Notes under the pieces: generated by a model | Databases searched by the model: none | Told to the model about the DNA's origin: nothing | The model's input: the letters and a program-made list of their open reading frames with translations, nothing else | Shown here: piece by piece, positions 28,516-36,979 of the stretch | How the letters are laid out: each line of letters starts with the position of its first letter | Position numbering within the stretch: the stretch's first letter is position 1 | Position numbers and translations under genes: made by a program | Source: Candidatus Niyogibacteria bacterium RIFCSPLOWO2_01_FULL_45_48 | Lineage (GTDB): Bacteria; Patescibacteriota; Minisyncoccia; HO2-45-28 | Reading direction: 5' to 3' | Assembly: GCA_001819395.1 (NCBI GenBank) | Contig: MHMQ01000032.1 | Coordinates: 20,150 to 84,149 of the forward strand | Length of the DNA: 64,000 nt

Positions 28516-29778
28516 ATGGAGAATTTAACAAAAACCCAGCTGATATTGCTCGTTTTGTTGGTGAGTTTTATGACCTCGCTTGTGACCGGCATTGTCAGCG
28601 TCGCTCTTGTTAACCAGGCGCCTGCTCCGGTCACGCAGACAATCAACCGGGTTATTGAGAAGGTAACAACGGGCAAAATTGAAGAGCCTGGTGGCGGAGG
28701 CGCGTTGATTATTACCTCCGAAGATCTTATAACCAAACTGGTGGCCGACACCCTGCCTGCGGTTGTGAGCGTCATCGCCTCCAAGGACGTTCCGGTAATC
28801 GAGCAATATTTCATAAACCCTTTTGAAAATGACGATCTTTTTCGCCAATTTTTGGGCGATTCTTTGCCGCAGATTTTGATACCGCAGTATCGCCAAAAAG
28901 GAACCGAAAAAAAACAGGTTTCGGCCGGCACGGGATTTTTTGTTTCCGAAGACGGCTATTTGATAACCAATCGGCATGTTGTTGAAGACAATACCGCCGA
29001 ATACACGGTTTTGATGAACGATGGCCGAAAAATGAAGGCTGAGGTTTTGGCGCGAGACCAAGCGCAGGATATTGCTGTTTTAAAAGTTGAGGGTAGCGGG
29101 TTTAATTTTATTCCGCTTGGCGACTCGGAAAAATTAAGAGCGGGGCAGACGGTCGTGGCCATAGGCAACGCCTTGGGCGAGTTTCAAAATACCGTTTCGG
29201 TCGGAGTTATAGCCGGGCTTTCAAGGACAATCGTCGCTTCAGGGGCGGCTTCGGGTCCAGAAATTTTACAGGAAGTCATTCAGACCGATGCGGCGATAAA
29301 TCCGGGAAATTCCGGAGGGCCGCTTCTGGATTTGGCCGGACGGGCCATAGGCATTAATACCGCGGTCGCCGCGGACGCCCAAAGCATAGGATTTGCTTTG
29401 CCGATAAATTTCATAAAAAAAGCGGTGTCGGATGTGCGCGAGTTCGGTAAAATAAGTTATGCTTACCTCGGCGTTCGCTACGTTACGATTACGCCCCAGG
29501 TTAAAGAAGACAGAAAGCTGCCGGTTGATTATGGCGCGCTGTTGGCGGCCGCGGAAGGTCAGGCGGCGGTGATAAACGGCTCTCCCGCCCAAAAAGCGGG
29601 GCTTCGCGAAGGAGATGTGGTGCTTGAGTTTGGCGGAACAAAAGCAGATAAAGAAAACAGTCTGGCTAAGTTAATAAGCCAGAAAAAAGTCGGCGAGAAG
29701 GTTTCGCTGAAGGTTTTGCGCGACGGCAAAGAAATAATTATTGAAGTCGAACTTGCCGAAAGACCAACAAACTTATAA
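28516..29778 (+). CDS. htrA: HtrA/DegP-family serine protease with PDZ domain
   Basis: Catalytic triad context TNRHVVED, DIAVLKV, GNSGGPLLD; C-terminal PDZ. Confidence 0.9.
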   Translation: MENLTKTQLILLVLLVSFMTSLVTGIVSVALVNQAPAPVTQTINRVIEKVTTGKIEEPGGGGALIITSEDLITKLVADTLPAVVSVIASKDVPVIEQYFINPFENDDLFRQFLGDSLPQILIPQYRQKGTEKKQVSAGTGFFVSEDGYLITNRHVVEDNTAEYTVLMNDGRKMKAEVLARDQAQDIAVLKVEGSGFNFIPLGDSEKLRAGQTVVAIGNALGEFQNTVSVGVIAGLSRTIVASGAASGPEILQEVIQTDAAINPGNSGGPLLDLAGRAIGINTAVAADAQSIGFALPINFIKKAVSDVREFGKISYAYLGVRYVTITPQVKEDRKLPVDYGALLAAAEGQAAVINGSPAQKAGLREGDVVLEFGGTKADKENSLAKLISQKKVGEKVSLKVLRDGKEIIIEVELAERPTNL

Positions 29779-29801
29779 TCTTAAACCCCAGATTTTAAAT
29801 T

Positions 29802-32480
29802 ATGCCTCCATTTGGAAATTTCACCATTAAGGCGCAGGAAGCGATTCGCCGAGCTCACGAGCTGGCTATTGAGCGCGGTCAGAATCAGGTAGACGCCATG
29901 CATTTGCTCGCGGCCTTGATGCTTCAGGAAGAGGGCATAGTTATTTCTATTTTTGACAAAATGGATATTGACCCGGCCGACATTATGGATACGGTAATGG
30001 ACACTCTGGATTCAAAAACCAAGTCAAACGTTTTGATGCCGTCAAGCCAGATGTTTTTGAGCCAGGAATTCGGCCGTATTCTTGATACCGCTTACCGCAT
30101 AGCCCAGTCGATGAAAGACGAATTTATTTCAACCGAACATTTGTTTATGGCTCTCTTTGATGTTCCGTCCAAGGCCCAGAATGTTTTAGCTTCAAACCAC
30201 ATACAGCGCGAGACGGTAAAACATGCTCTTGACGATTTGCGGGGGTCGGGCCGCGTGACCGACCTTGAGCCCGAAACCAAAATGAAGGTTCTTGAGCGAT
30301 ACGGACGCAACTTGACCAAGCTTGCGCGCGAAGACAAGCTTGATCCGGTTATAGGCCGTGACAACGAAATACGCAGGATAATGCAGATACTTTCGCGCCG
30401 GACCAAAAACAATCCTGTCTTGATAGGAGAAGCGGGGGTGGGCAAAACCGCGGTTGTCGAGGGACTGGCGCGCAAGATTGTTTCCGGCGATATTCCGGAC
30501 GCTCTTAAAGACAAAGAGCTTATTGCTCTTGATCTGGCTTCGTTGGTCGCGGGAACGAAATACAGAGGCGAATTTGAGGAGAGGCTTAAAGCGGTTATGC
30601 GCGAAATAGAAAAAGCAGAGGGCAAAATAATACTTTTTATAGACGAATTACACACTATTGTGGGCGCGGGCGCGGCCGAGGGAGCGATTGACGCTTCAAA
30701 CATGCTTAAACCGGCTTTGGCCAGAGGAGAACTGCATGCCATAGGCGCCACAACCCTTAAAGAGTATCAGCGCCACATTGAAAAAGATTCGGCGTTAACC
30801 CGGCGTTTTCAGCCGGTTTACGTTGAGGAGCCTTCCCAAAAAGATGCGGTGAGTATTCTTCGCGGAATCAAGGAGCGCTACGAAATACACCACGGAGTGC
30901 AGATAACCGACGCCGCGCTTCAGTCCGCGGTTCAACTGTCCAGCCGTTACATAACCGACAGGTTTTTGCCGGATAAAGCGGTTGATTTGGTAGACGAAGC
31001 AGCCTCTGCTTTGCGTCTGGATCTCGACAGCATGCCGGGAGAACTTGAGAAAGCCAGAAACGACGCAACGAGAATGGAAATAGAGAAAGAGGCTCTGAAA
31101 AAAGAGGAGGGAGTTTCGCCAAAAAACAAAATAAAAAAATTACAGCGTGAAATAGACAGCTTGCGTGAAAAAACATCGGGGACGGAGATGAAATGGAAAA
31201 ACGAAAAGGAAACCATCGCCAATATAAGGCAATTCAAAAAAGATTTGGACGCTCTTCGCCAGGAAGCCGAAGCGGCGGAACGAGCGGCCGATTTGTCGAA
31301 AGTTGCCGAAATAAGATATGGCCGGGTTCCGGAGCTTGAGCGCCGGCTTTTGGCGGAAGAGACGCGCTTGCGCAAGCTTCAGTCTTCGCGCAGCATTTTA
31401 AAGCAGAAAGTCGGACCGGAAGATGTGGCCGAGGTTGTCGCCCGCTGGACCGGAATTCCGGTGACTAATTTATTGGAAACAGAGGCAAAAAAGCTTTTAC
31501 GCATGGAGGAAGAACTCGGGCAGAAGGTTGTCGGACAAGAAGAGGCGATTTCCAAAATCGCAAATGCGGTAAGACGCTCGAGGGCCGGAATAGGAGATCC
31601 GTCGCGTCCGATAGGATCGTTTATGTTTCTGGGTCCCACAGGGGTTGGAAAAACGGAACTTGCGCGCAGGCTTGCCGAATTTATGTTTGATGACGAAAAA
31701 GCCATGATCCGCGTTGATATGTCCGAATACATGGAAAAACACGCGGTATCGAAACTTATCGGCTCTCCTCCGGGCTATGTCGGCTACGAAGAAGGGGGAC
31801 AGCTTGCCGAATTGATACGCCACCGGCCTTACGCGGTCGTGCTTTTTGACGAGATAGAAAAGGCCCATCCGGAGGTATTTCACATAATGCTTCAGATTCT
31901 TGATAATGGACGTTTGACCGACGCCAAGGGCCGGCATATTAATTTTAAAAACACGATTGTTATTATGACTTCGAACGTCGGCTCGGAATTCGCGCGCGAG
32001 CTTGGCCGGCTTGGTTTTGAAACATCGGAAGACAGAGACGGAGACGGAAACCGCGAAAAAGGCCTGAAAGACAAAATTATGATGTCGCTTGAGCAAAGAT
32101 TCAGGCCGGAATTTTTAAACCGGCTCGATGAAATAATTATTTTCAACCCATTGGGCCGCGAAGAAATCGCGAAGATCGTTGATATCCAGCTGCGGGAAGT
32201 GCGTGAACGGTTGGCCGACAAAGGGGTGGGTTTTGAGTTAAGCAAAGAAGCAAAAAATTATTTGGCCAGCACGGGCTATGACCCGAATTTTGGCGCGCGT
32301 CCGTTGAGGCGGCTGATCCAGTCCAAAATACTGAATGCCGTTGCCGAGCGCATGATAGCCGGTTCGGTTAAGGCCGGCGACAGATTGGTTATCGATGAAA
32401 AAGGGGGGAACTTGGCAATAGAATCAAAATCGGAAGTCCGTAAAAAGACTTCAAAAAAGGCCAAAAGCGCGGTAAGATAA
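29802..32480 (+). CDS. clpB: chaperone ClpB (two AAA+ modules)
   Basis: 892 aa; N-domain, two Walker A motifs ([20 protein letters not shown]), long middle coiled coil, GYVGY pore loop. Confidence 0.95.
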   Translation: MPPFGNFTIKAQEAIRRAHELAIERGQNQVDAMHLLAALMLQEEGIVISIFDKMDIDPADIMDTVMDTLDSKTKSNVLMPSSQMFLSQEFGRILDTAYRIAQSMKDEFISTEHLFMALFDVPSKAQNVLASNHIQRETVKHALDDLRGSGRVTDLEPETKMKVLERYGRNLTKLAREDKLDPVIGRDNEIRRIMQILSRRTKNNPVLIGEAGVGKTAVVEGLARKIVSGDIPDALKDKELIALDLASLVAGTKYRGEFEERLKAVMREIEKAEGKIILFIDELHTIVGAGAAEGAIDASNMLKPALARGELHAIGATTLKEYQRHIEKDSALTRRFQPVYVEEPSQKDAVSILRGIKERYEIHHGVQITDAALQSAVQLSSRYITDRFLPDKAVDLVDEAASALRLDLDSMPGELEKARNDATRMEIEKEALKKEEGVSPKNKIKKLQREIDSLREKTSGTEMKWKNEKETIANIRQFKKDLDALRQEAEAAERAADLSKVAEIRYGRVPELERRLLAEETRLRKLQSSRSILKQKVGPEDVAEVVARWTGIPVTNLLETEAKKLLRMEEELGQKVVGQEEAISKIANAVRRSRAGIGDPSRPIGSFMFLGPTGVGKTELARRLAEFMFDDEKAMIRVDMSEYMEKHAVSKLIGSPPGYVGYEEGGQLAELIRHRPYAVVLFDEIEKAHPEVFHIMLQILDNGRLTDAKGRHINFKNTIVIMTSNVGSEFARELGRLGFETSEDRDGDGNREKGLKDKIMMSLEQRFRPEFLNRLDEIIIFNPLGREEIAKIVDIQLREVRERLADKGVGFELSKEAKNYLASTGYDPNFGARPLRRLIQSKILNAVAERMIAGSVKAGDRLVIDEKGGNLAIESKSEVRKKTSKKAKSAVR

Positions 32481-32488
32481 GTTTCGAT

Positions 32489-32572
32489 GCATGGGTGGCG
32501 GAGTGGTCAATCGCACTTGGCTGTAAACCAAGCGCCCTATGGGCTTCGGGGGTTCGAATCCCTCCCCATGCA
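32489..32572 (+). tRNA. tRNA-Tyr (anticodon GTA), long variable arm, CCA not encoded
   Basis: Acceptor GCATGGG/CCCATGC, anticodon stem CTTGG/CCAAG with loop CTGTAAA, variable stem GCCC/GGGC, T-loop TTCGAAT. Confidence 0.8.
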
Positions 32573-32588
32573 CAAATAATTTTAATTT

Positions 32589-32972
32589 ATGAAATTTTAT
32601 ATTGCGGCCCGTTTTGATAAACGAGATGAAGTCAAAGAACTTCATAAAGTTCTTATTGAAACTGGTCACGAAATAGTAGGCGATTGGACGGGACACCAAC
32701 CGATAAAGCCGTATGATAAAAATCAGGACATGGCCAAAGAGTATTCCGTGGATGATATAAACAGCGCAAAAGACGCGGATGTTTTTATAATTTTAAGCGA
32801 TGAGGCCGGCACCGGAATGTATGTTGAGCTTGGCGCGGCAATCGCGTCTAATCTTTTGATCGGCAAGCCAAAAATTTACGCGGTAGGCGAGCACAACTCG
32901 CGTTCAATGTTTTATTTCCATCCCTCGGTGGAGAGATTCTCGAGCGTCGAAGACGTTTTGAGTGTTATTTAA
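32589..32972 (+). CDS. nucleoside 2-deoxyribosyltransferase-like (flavodoxin-like fold) protein
   Basis: 127 aa; MKFYIAARF...N-terminal motif and size match Ndt/DUF4406-type small proteins; tentative. Confidence 0.45.
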   Translation: MKFYIAARFDKRDEVKELHKVLIETGHEIVGDWTGHQPIKPYDKNQDMAKEYSVDDINSAKDADVFIILSDEAGTGMYVELGAAIASNLLIGKPKIYAVGEHNSRSMFYFHPSVERFSSVEDVLSVI

Positions 32973-33027
32973 ATTGACAGAGTAAAAATCCGCTCCGTCT
33001 GCCAGCTGGCGAACGGAACGGATTTGC

Positions 33028-33438
33028 CTACCTTTTTATTTCTCCTAAGAAATATTTTAAAACGATCATCCACAACGCTCCTACAAAAAAATCAAATCCA
33101 ACCGCGCTGAATATACTAATGGCCGGAGACATTCCCAGAATATAAACCGCGATAAACGTCAGGCCCAAAGAAAAAGCTATTCCGTCGGTAGTCGTTGTTC
33201 TGGCCACATAGCCGAGATCCAGAGCTTGGTCGGAAGTTTTTTTATACAGAGACACGACATAAAAAGCTCCGGACAGATACCCCGCTAATTTCAGGTCCGC
33301 GATCTTTGGTTGCATAAAGAAAGACAGCGCGTAGGGTAAAATACCTCCGAATATCATGATAAAAAGAATACGAAACGAATAAGGCACGCGCAAACTAAGA
33401 AAATTTTTTCCCCCTTCTTTTTCGTTTTCTTCGGACAT
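33028..33438 (-). CDS. hypothetical membrane protein
   Basis: 136 aa, 3-4 TM helices. Confidence 0.4.
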   Translation of the reverse strand: MSEENEKEGGKNFLSLRVPYSFRILFIMIFGGILPYALSFFMQPKIADLKLAGYLSGAFYVVSLYKKTSDQALDLGYVARTTTTDGIAFSLGLTFIAVYILGMSPAISIFSAVGFDFFVGALWMIVLKYFLGEIKR

Positions 33439-33559
33439 TTGGCAAGTCTCCAGTTTGGGAAGATCGGGTTCAACGAACTTTAAAATATGTTAGCATTGTT
33501 TTTTGACTTTGTAAAGACAGCTGGCGGGAGCCTAAGAAGTTTGCTATAAATAAAAATGC

Positions 33560-33632
33560 GCCAACGTAGCTCAGTTGGTAGAGCAACTCCATGGTAAGGA
33601 GTAGGTCGCCGGTTCAAATCCGGCCGTTGGCT
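33560..33632 (+). tRNA. tRNA-Thr (anticodon GGT)
   Basis: Acceptor GCCAACG/CGTTGGC, D-stem GCTC/GAGC, anticodon stem ACTCC/GGAGT loop ATGGTAA, T-arm GCCGG-TTCAAAT-CCGGC. Confidence 0.85.
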
Positions 33633-33672
33633 CAAGGTTGATTTTTTTAGAAATTGCGTTAAGATAATCAGT

Positions 33673-33837
33673 ATGCCGCAACCGAATCTATTTAAATTCA
33701 AATGTTCCGTTTGCAAACGCGGAAACTATTACAGCACCAAAAACAAGAAAAAAGTTGAGCGAAAAATAGAGCTCAAAAAGTTTTGTAAGTGGTGCAAAAA
33801 ACATACCTTGCATAAAGAGGCAAAAATCACTGCTTGA
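33673..33837 (+). CDS. rpmG: ribosomal protein L33
   Basis: 54 aa (below ORF-track cutoff): MPQPNLFKFKCSVCKRGNYYSTKNKK...KFCKWCKKHTLHKEAK, the CxxC...CxxC zinc ribbon of L33; TGA stop. Confidence 0.8.
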   Translation: MPQPNLFKFKCSVCKRGNYYSTKNKKKVERKIELKKFCKWCKKHTLHKEAKITA

Positions 33838-33878
33838 TTTTTGATATTATTATATAGTATTTTTTGCGCCATTTGCGC

Positions 33879-34014
33879 GAAAGGGGGTCGGGGAAAAGCG
33901 GAAGGGTTTCCCCGCGGAGGAAAACAGACCCGACGCGCGAAGCGGTCGGGGCGCTAGAAACCGAGGGTTTCTAGGGAGCACGAGCGAATCCCTTGAGGTG
34001 AGCGAGCTGCGACG
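33879..34014. repeat. 136-bp GC-rich structured element, copy 1
   Basis: GAAAGGGGGTCGGGG...CTAGAAACCGAGGGTTTCTAG...GCGAGCTGCGACG; identical to copies 2 and 3 except one substitution (A for C in ACAGACCCGAC). Confidence 0.9.
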
Positions 34015-34074
34015 AAAATGGTGCAGAAAGCACACGGTTCATAAAGAAGTCAAAATAACGGCTTAGATTTTTTT

Positions 34075-34145
34075 GGGGGTATGGTTCAATGGTAGAACAT
34101 TGGTCTCCAAAACCAAAGATCAGGGTTCGATTCCTTGTACCCCCG
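34075..34145 (+). tRNA. tRNA-Trp (anticodon CCA), copy 1
   Basis: Acceptor GGGGGTA/TACCCCC, D-stem GTTC/GAAC, anticodon stem TTGGT/ACCAA with loop CTCCAAA, T-arm CAGGG-TTCGATT-CCTTG (one G-U). Confidence 0.85.
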
Positions 34146-34193
34146 CATTGAAAATTTTGGCATCTTTTGATGCCTAGAATTTCAAATTTGATA

Positions 34194-34212
34194 GGTACAA
34201 GGAATCGAACCC
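34194..34212. repeat. inverted 19-nt copy of the tRNA-Trp T-arm/acceptor 3' end
   Basis: GGTACAAGGAATCGAACCC is the exact reverse complement of GGGTTCGATTCCTTGTACC in the upstream tRNA; second copy at 34530-34548. Confidence 0.85.
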
Positions 34213-34214
34213 AC

Positions 34215-34350
34215 GAAAGGGGGTCGGGGAAAAGCGGAAGGGTTTCCCCGCGGAGGAAAACAGCCCCGACGCGCGAAGCGGTCGGGGCGCTAGAAACCGA
34301 GGGTTTCTAGGGAGCACGAGCGAATCCCTTGAGGTGAGCGAGCTGCGACG
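34215..34350. repeat. 136-bp GC-rich element, copy 2
   Basis: Exact 336-bp period with copy 1. Confidence 0.9.
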
Positions 34351-34410
34351 AAAATGGTGCAGAAAGCACACGGTTCATAAAGAAGTCAAAATAACGGCTT
34401 AGATTTTTTT

Positions 34411-34481
34411 GGGGGTATGGTTCAATGGTAGAACATTGGTCTCCAAAACCAAAGATCAGGGTTCGATTCCTTGTACCCCCG
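34411..34481 (+). tRNA. tRNA-Trp (anticodon CCA), copy 2, identical to copy 1
   Basis: Same sequence 336 bp downstream. Confidence 0.85.
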
Positions 34482-34529
34482 CATTGAAAATTTTGGCATC
34501 TTTTGATGCCTAGAATTTCAAATTTGATA

Positions 34530-34548
34530 GGTACAAGGAATCGAACCC
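34530..34548. repeat. second inverted tRNA-Trp 3' fragment
   Basis: GGTACAAGGAATCGAACCC. Confidence 0.85.
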
Positions 34549-34550
34549 AC

Positions 34551-34686
34551 GAAAGGGGGTCGGGGAAAAGCGGAAGGGTTTCCCCGCGGAGGAAAACAGC
34601 CCCGACGCGCGAAGCGGTCGGGGCGCTAGAAACCGAGGGTTTCTAGGGAGCACGAGCGAATCCCTTGAGGTGAGCGAGCTGCGACG
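34551..34686. repeat. 136-bp GC-rich element, copy 3
   Basis: Identical to copy 2. Confidence 0.9.
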
Positions 34687-34730
34687 GGTTCGATTCCCTC
34701 AGCTCCCGCAAATTTAGACGGGCGATTTCT
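34687..34730 (+). pseudogene. decayed 3' remnant of a third tRNA-Trp copy
   Basis: GGTTCGATTCCCTCAGCTCCCGCA aligns to the tRNA-Trp T-loop/acceptor (GGGTTCGATTCCTTGTACCCCCGCA) with substitutions that break the stems; a further TATACCCCCGC fragment follows. Confidence 0.5.
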
Positions 34731-34805
34731 TATACCCCCGCTTTACACCAACTGTCTAATCCTTTAGTGTTTTAACAGATAGTTTTTTGATTTGAGGAGA
34801 CGAGC

Positions 34806-35468
34806 GTGAACGAAATCACGAAATTCGGGGCGCGTTATTACGGTCCGGGCTATACTTGGAGCGCCTACAGGGAATTGCAAAACGAATATAACAATTTTGC
34901 GCTTAAAGAAACCGGTAAGCCGTGGTGGGAAGAATTCGCAAAGCGTTTGCGTAGAGGCCACAAAGTCTTGGACTTGGGATGCGGCAGCGGTGTTCCGGCG
35001 CGCTTTCTTTCCGGTCACGGCCTTAGAGTGGTAGGCGTGGATGTTTCTGGAGACATGGTCACGCTTGCGCGGAAACAGGATCCGCAAGGAGTTTTCTTTC
35101 GCGCCGAGATGGATGAAATAAGATGGCCCATGTATAGTTTTGGCGGCGTCTGTTCGTTTTTCTCTTTTTTGCATTTGCCGAAGCGAAGGGTCAAAAAACT
35201 GATAAGAGATATTCATGAGTGGCTGCTCCCCGGAGGAGTTTTTGCGGTAACCATTGTTGAAGGCGAGGGCGAAGGATTATGCGAAAACTTTATGGGCAGG
35301 GGTATCCCTATTTATCTTTCTTACTATAAACAACCGGAGTTTTGTGACATGTTGAGGGTGGCGGGCTTTACTGTTAAGGACACGAAGCGCTTGGAGGTAA
35401 AAACAGATAATTTTGATGAAACGGAGCTGTTCTTTTTAGCTAGTAAAACTGGCACGTTGGGCGAGTGA
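34806..35468 (+). CDS. class I SAM-dependent methyltransferase
   Basis: GTG start after GGAGA; VLDLGCGSGVPARFL motif I, LLPGGVFAV motif III. Confidence 0.75.
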   Translation: MNEITKFGARYYGPGYTWSAYRELQNEYNNFALKETGKPWWEEFAKRLRRGHKVLDLGCGSGVPARFLSGHGLRVVGVDVSGDMVTLARKQDPQGVFFRAEMDEIRWPMYSFGGVCSFFSFLHLPKRRVKKLIRDIHEWLLPGGVFAVTIVEGEGEGLCENFMGRGIPIYLSYYKQPEFCDMLRVAGFTVKDTKRLEVKTDNFDETELFFLASKTGTLGE

Positions 35469-35484
35469 GAAAAAAGAGAAAGGT

Positions 35485-35691
35485 GTGAGTAACTTTGAGG
35501 ACATGATCAATCATCCGTCTCTGCAGCGCGAATTTAGCAGGTTTAGGTCTTTGGGTGGTCAAATAAGAATAGATAACAACAAGATTGTTTTATATTCAAT
35601 GATTATTCCTGAAGATATCACGGAATTATTCGCGCAACGCATTCGCCGTCTTGATGTGGAAAACCTTCTTGAGGTTGTTGTGGAAATTTAG
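35485..35691 (+). CDS. hypothetical small protein
   Basis: 68 aa, GTG start, followed by weak hairpin+T-run terminator. Confidence 0.3.
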   Translation: MSNFEDMINHPSLQREFSRFRSLGGQIRIDNNKIVLYSMIIPEDITELFAQRIRRLDVENLLEVVVEI

Positions 35692-35804
35692 GCGCGAAAC
35701 TCGCCCCCTTTTTGTTTGGCCGCACATGCTTTTCAAATATATTGTTTTATGCAAGTATTCTTTTGGCGAGAGGTGCGCCTCTCAATGCCAGAAAGGAGGA
35801 GGGT

Positions 35805-36437
35805 ATGCCCTTCACCGAAGGACTGGAAGCGTTGATTGGAAAAAAAGGCCGTATTACCGATACAGAGTGGTTGGTCTTGATTGAGGCCAGGCGCAAACTC
35901 ATTAAACCGCACCTTGATTCATTTACTCTTCCGATACTTGGGTCATTAAAATGTTTGCGAAACGAACTTAGTTTTAAACACGAGATTGATTGTGATATTT
36001 CCGTATCCGGTGGGGATCAGCGTTTTTCGCTAAAAACTCAAGGGTTTTTCTGGGCCCAACCTTGGTCTGCTGTGGAAAGGATTTCTAATAGCGGATCTTG
36101 TAATTGGCCCGGCTACGTAGCTTGTCCTGACGGAACTATGCATATCTGGGGCCTTACGCGTTCTGGTTTGTGGGTTCTCGTGACCATTGAATTTGTCGGC
36201 GAATCCGGATATAAAGAGCGTGGCTATGAGCGGGCAAAATCTGTAAAAATTTTTGAAGCCGATTTACGCGCGATCATAGAAAAAACGAAAGAAAATCCAA
36301 GACACATGTGGAGTCATCTCGGCGCGGTTATTAAAAGTTTCGCAGAGCGCCGTAAGTGTCTGTATAACCAAGCTCTTGATCTTGCCCGAATGGTCGAAAT
36401 TGAGGAACTGGCTCTTTCAATTGTTTTGGGGAAGTAA
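35805..36437 (+). CDS. hypothetical protein
   Basis: ATG at 35805 preceded by GGAGGAGGG; 210 aa, Cys-containing, no known motif. Upstream in-frame start at 35712 lacks RBS. Confidence 0.4.
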   Translation: MPFTEGLEALIGKKGRITDTEWLVLIEARRKLIKPHLDSFTLPILGSLKCLRNELSFKHEIDCDISVSGGDQRFSLKTQGFFWAQPWSAVERISNSGSCNWPGYVACPDGTMHIWGLTRSGLWVLVTIEFVGESGYKERGYERAKSVKIFEADLRAIIEKTKENPRHMWSHLGAVIKSFAERRKCLYNQALDLARMVEIEELALSIVLGK

Positions 36438-36449
36438 AAAGGTCAATAT

Positions 36450-36477
36450 AAGGCGCAAAACTCGCGCCTTTTTTATT
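36450..36477 (+). terminator. rho-independent terminator
   Basis: AGGCGC-aaaactc-GCGCCT then TTTTTTATTT; a similar hairpin (GGCGCGAAACTCGCC+T-run) at 35692-35720. Confidence 0.65.
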
Positions 36478-36503
36478 TACTTGGGATTTGATATTTTAAA
36501 TTT

Positions 36504-36860
36504 ATGGAGAACAAAAAACATTTTTACACTTGGAAAAATTTTGAATCGGATGTTAAGAAATTAACATCGGCATTAAAGCACAAAAAATTTGACGGCATCT
36601 GGGGGCCGGCGAGGGGAGGGTTGCCTATCGCGGTCTGCCTTTCGCACGCCCTTGATCTGCCGTTTTTAGAAAAATCAAAAAGCGAAAAAACCTTGATTGT
36701 TGACGACATAGCGGACACCGGAAAAACTCTTGAACCGTTTTTTAAAAAAGGCCATACGATTGCCACAATTTTTTACCATCACCAAAGCAGATTTGAACCT
36801 CACATCTGGCTTCGCGAGAAAAAAGACGAATGGATAGTTTTCCCGTGGGAAAAAACATGA
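36504..36860 (+). CDS. small phosphoribosyltransferase-domain protein (purine PRTase-like)
   Basis: 118 aa; PRPP-binding motif LIVDDIADTGKTL. Confidence 0.65.
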   Translation: MENKKHFYTWKNFESDVKKLTSALKHKKFDGIWGPARGGLPIAVCLSHALDLPFLEKSKSEKTLIVDDIADTGKTLEPFFKKGHTIATIFYHHQSRFEPHIWLREKKDEWIVFPWEKT

Positions 36861-36892
36861 ATTAACAACTGGTAAGTTATGCACACTTATAT

Positions 36893-36920
36893 TTGCTGGT
36901 TTTTTTTTAAGGTTTATAAT
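36893..36920 (+). promoter_or_regulatory. sigma-70-like promoter upstream of guaB
   Basis: TTGCTG - 16 nt - TATAAT. Confidence 0.45.
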
Positions 36921-36935
36921 TGTCAGAGGATGTGC

Positions 36936-36960
36936 AAAACCCCGCGAAGCGGGGTTTTAT
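36936..36960 (+). terminator. leader hairpin/terminator 20 nt upstream of guaB start
   Basis: AAACCCCGC-gaa-GCGGGGTTTT followed by AT; lies inside the predicted guaB leader. Confidence 0.5.
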
Positions 36961-36979
36961 CGTGTCCGGCTAAAAATTT

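Noticed and set aside
27699-28931. 410-aa minus-strand ORF as listed in the ORF track
   Set aside because: Its first ~170 codons run antisense through the start of htrA (28516-) and are Cys/Thr-rich nonsense. An internal ATG at 28424 with GGAGG 7 nt upstream gives a sensible 241-aa protein that does not overlap htrA.
30092-32245. Several 100-220-aa minus-strand ORFs inside clpB
   Set aside because: All antisense to a strongly supported 892-aa ClpB. Low-complexity Ser/Arg/Ala-rich translations.
33879-34014. Match of the 136-bp element to SRP (4.5S) RNA helix 8
   Set aside because: Only a loose resemblance (CGGAGGAAAACAGCC vs CCGGAAGGAAGCAGCC). An essential single-copy RNA would not be triplicated in tandem, and no proper symmetric/asymmetric loop pair is evident.
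33850-34371. Two identical minus-strand ORFs (33850-34035, 34174-34371; MCFLHHFRRSSLTSRDSLVLPRNPRFL...) in the ORF track
   Set aside because: They are translations of the repeated 136-bp GC-rich element plus flanks. Identical because the DNA repeats, Arg/Pro/Ser-rich as expected for GC-rich non-coding sequence, and they run antisense through the tRNA-Trp flanks.
33879-34710. Possibility that the periodic repeats are a CRISPR array
   Set aside because: Period is 336 bp, each unit contains a complete tRNA-Trp gene, the spacers are identical, and no cas genes are nearby. A tandem duplication, not CRISPR.
34687-34730. Reading the third GC-element copy plus downstream T-arm as an intron-containing tRNA
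   Set aside because: No complementary 5' acceptor/D-arm/anticodon arm can be found upstream of the element (the upstream sequence is the inverted tRNA-Trp 3' fragment), and the T-stem is broken. Better explained as a decayed tRNA-Trp remnant.
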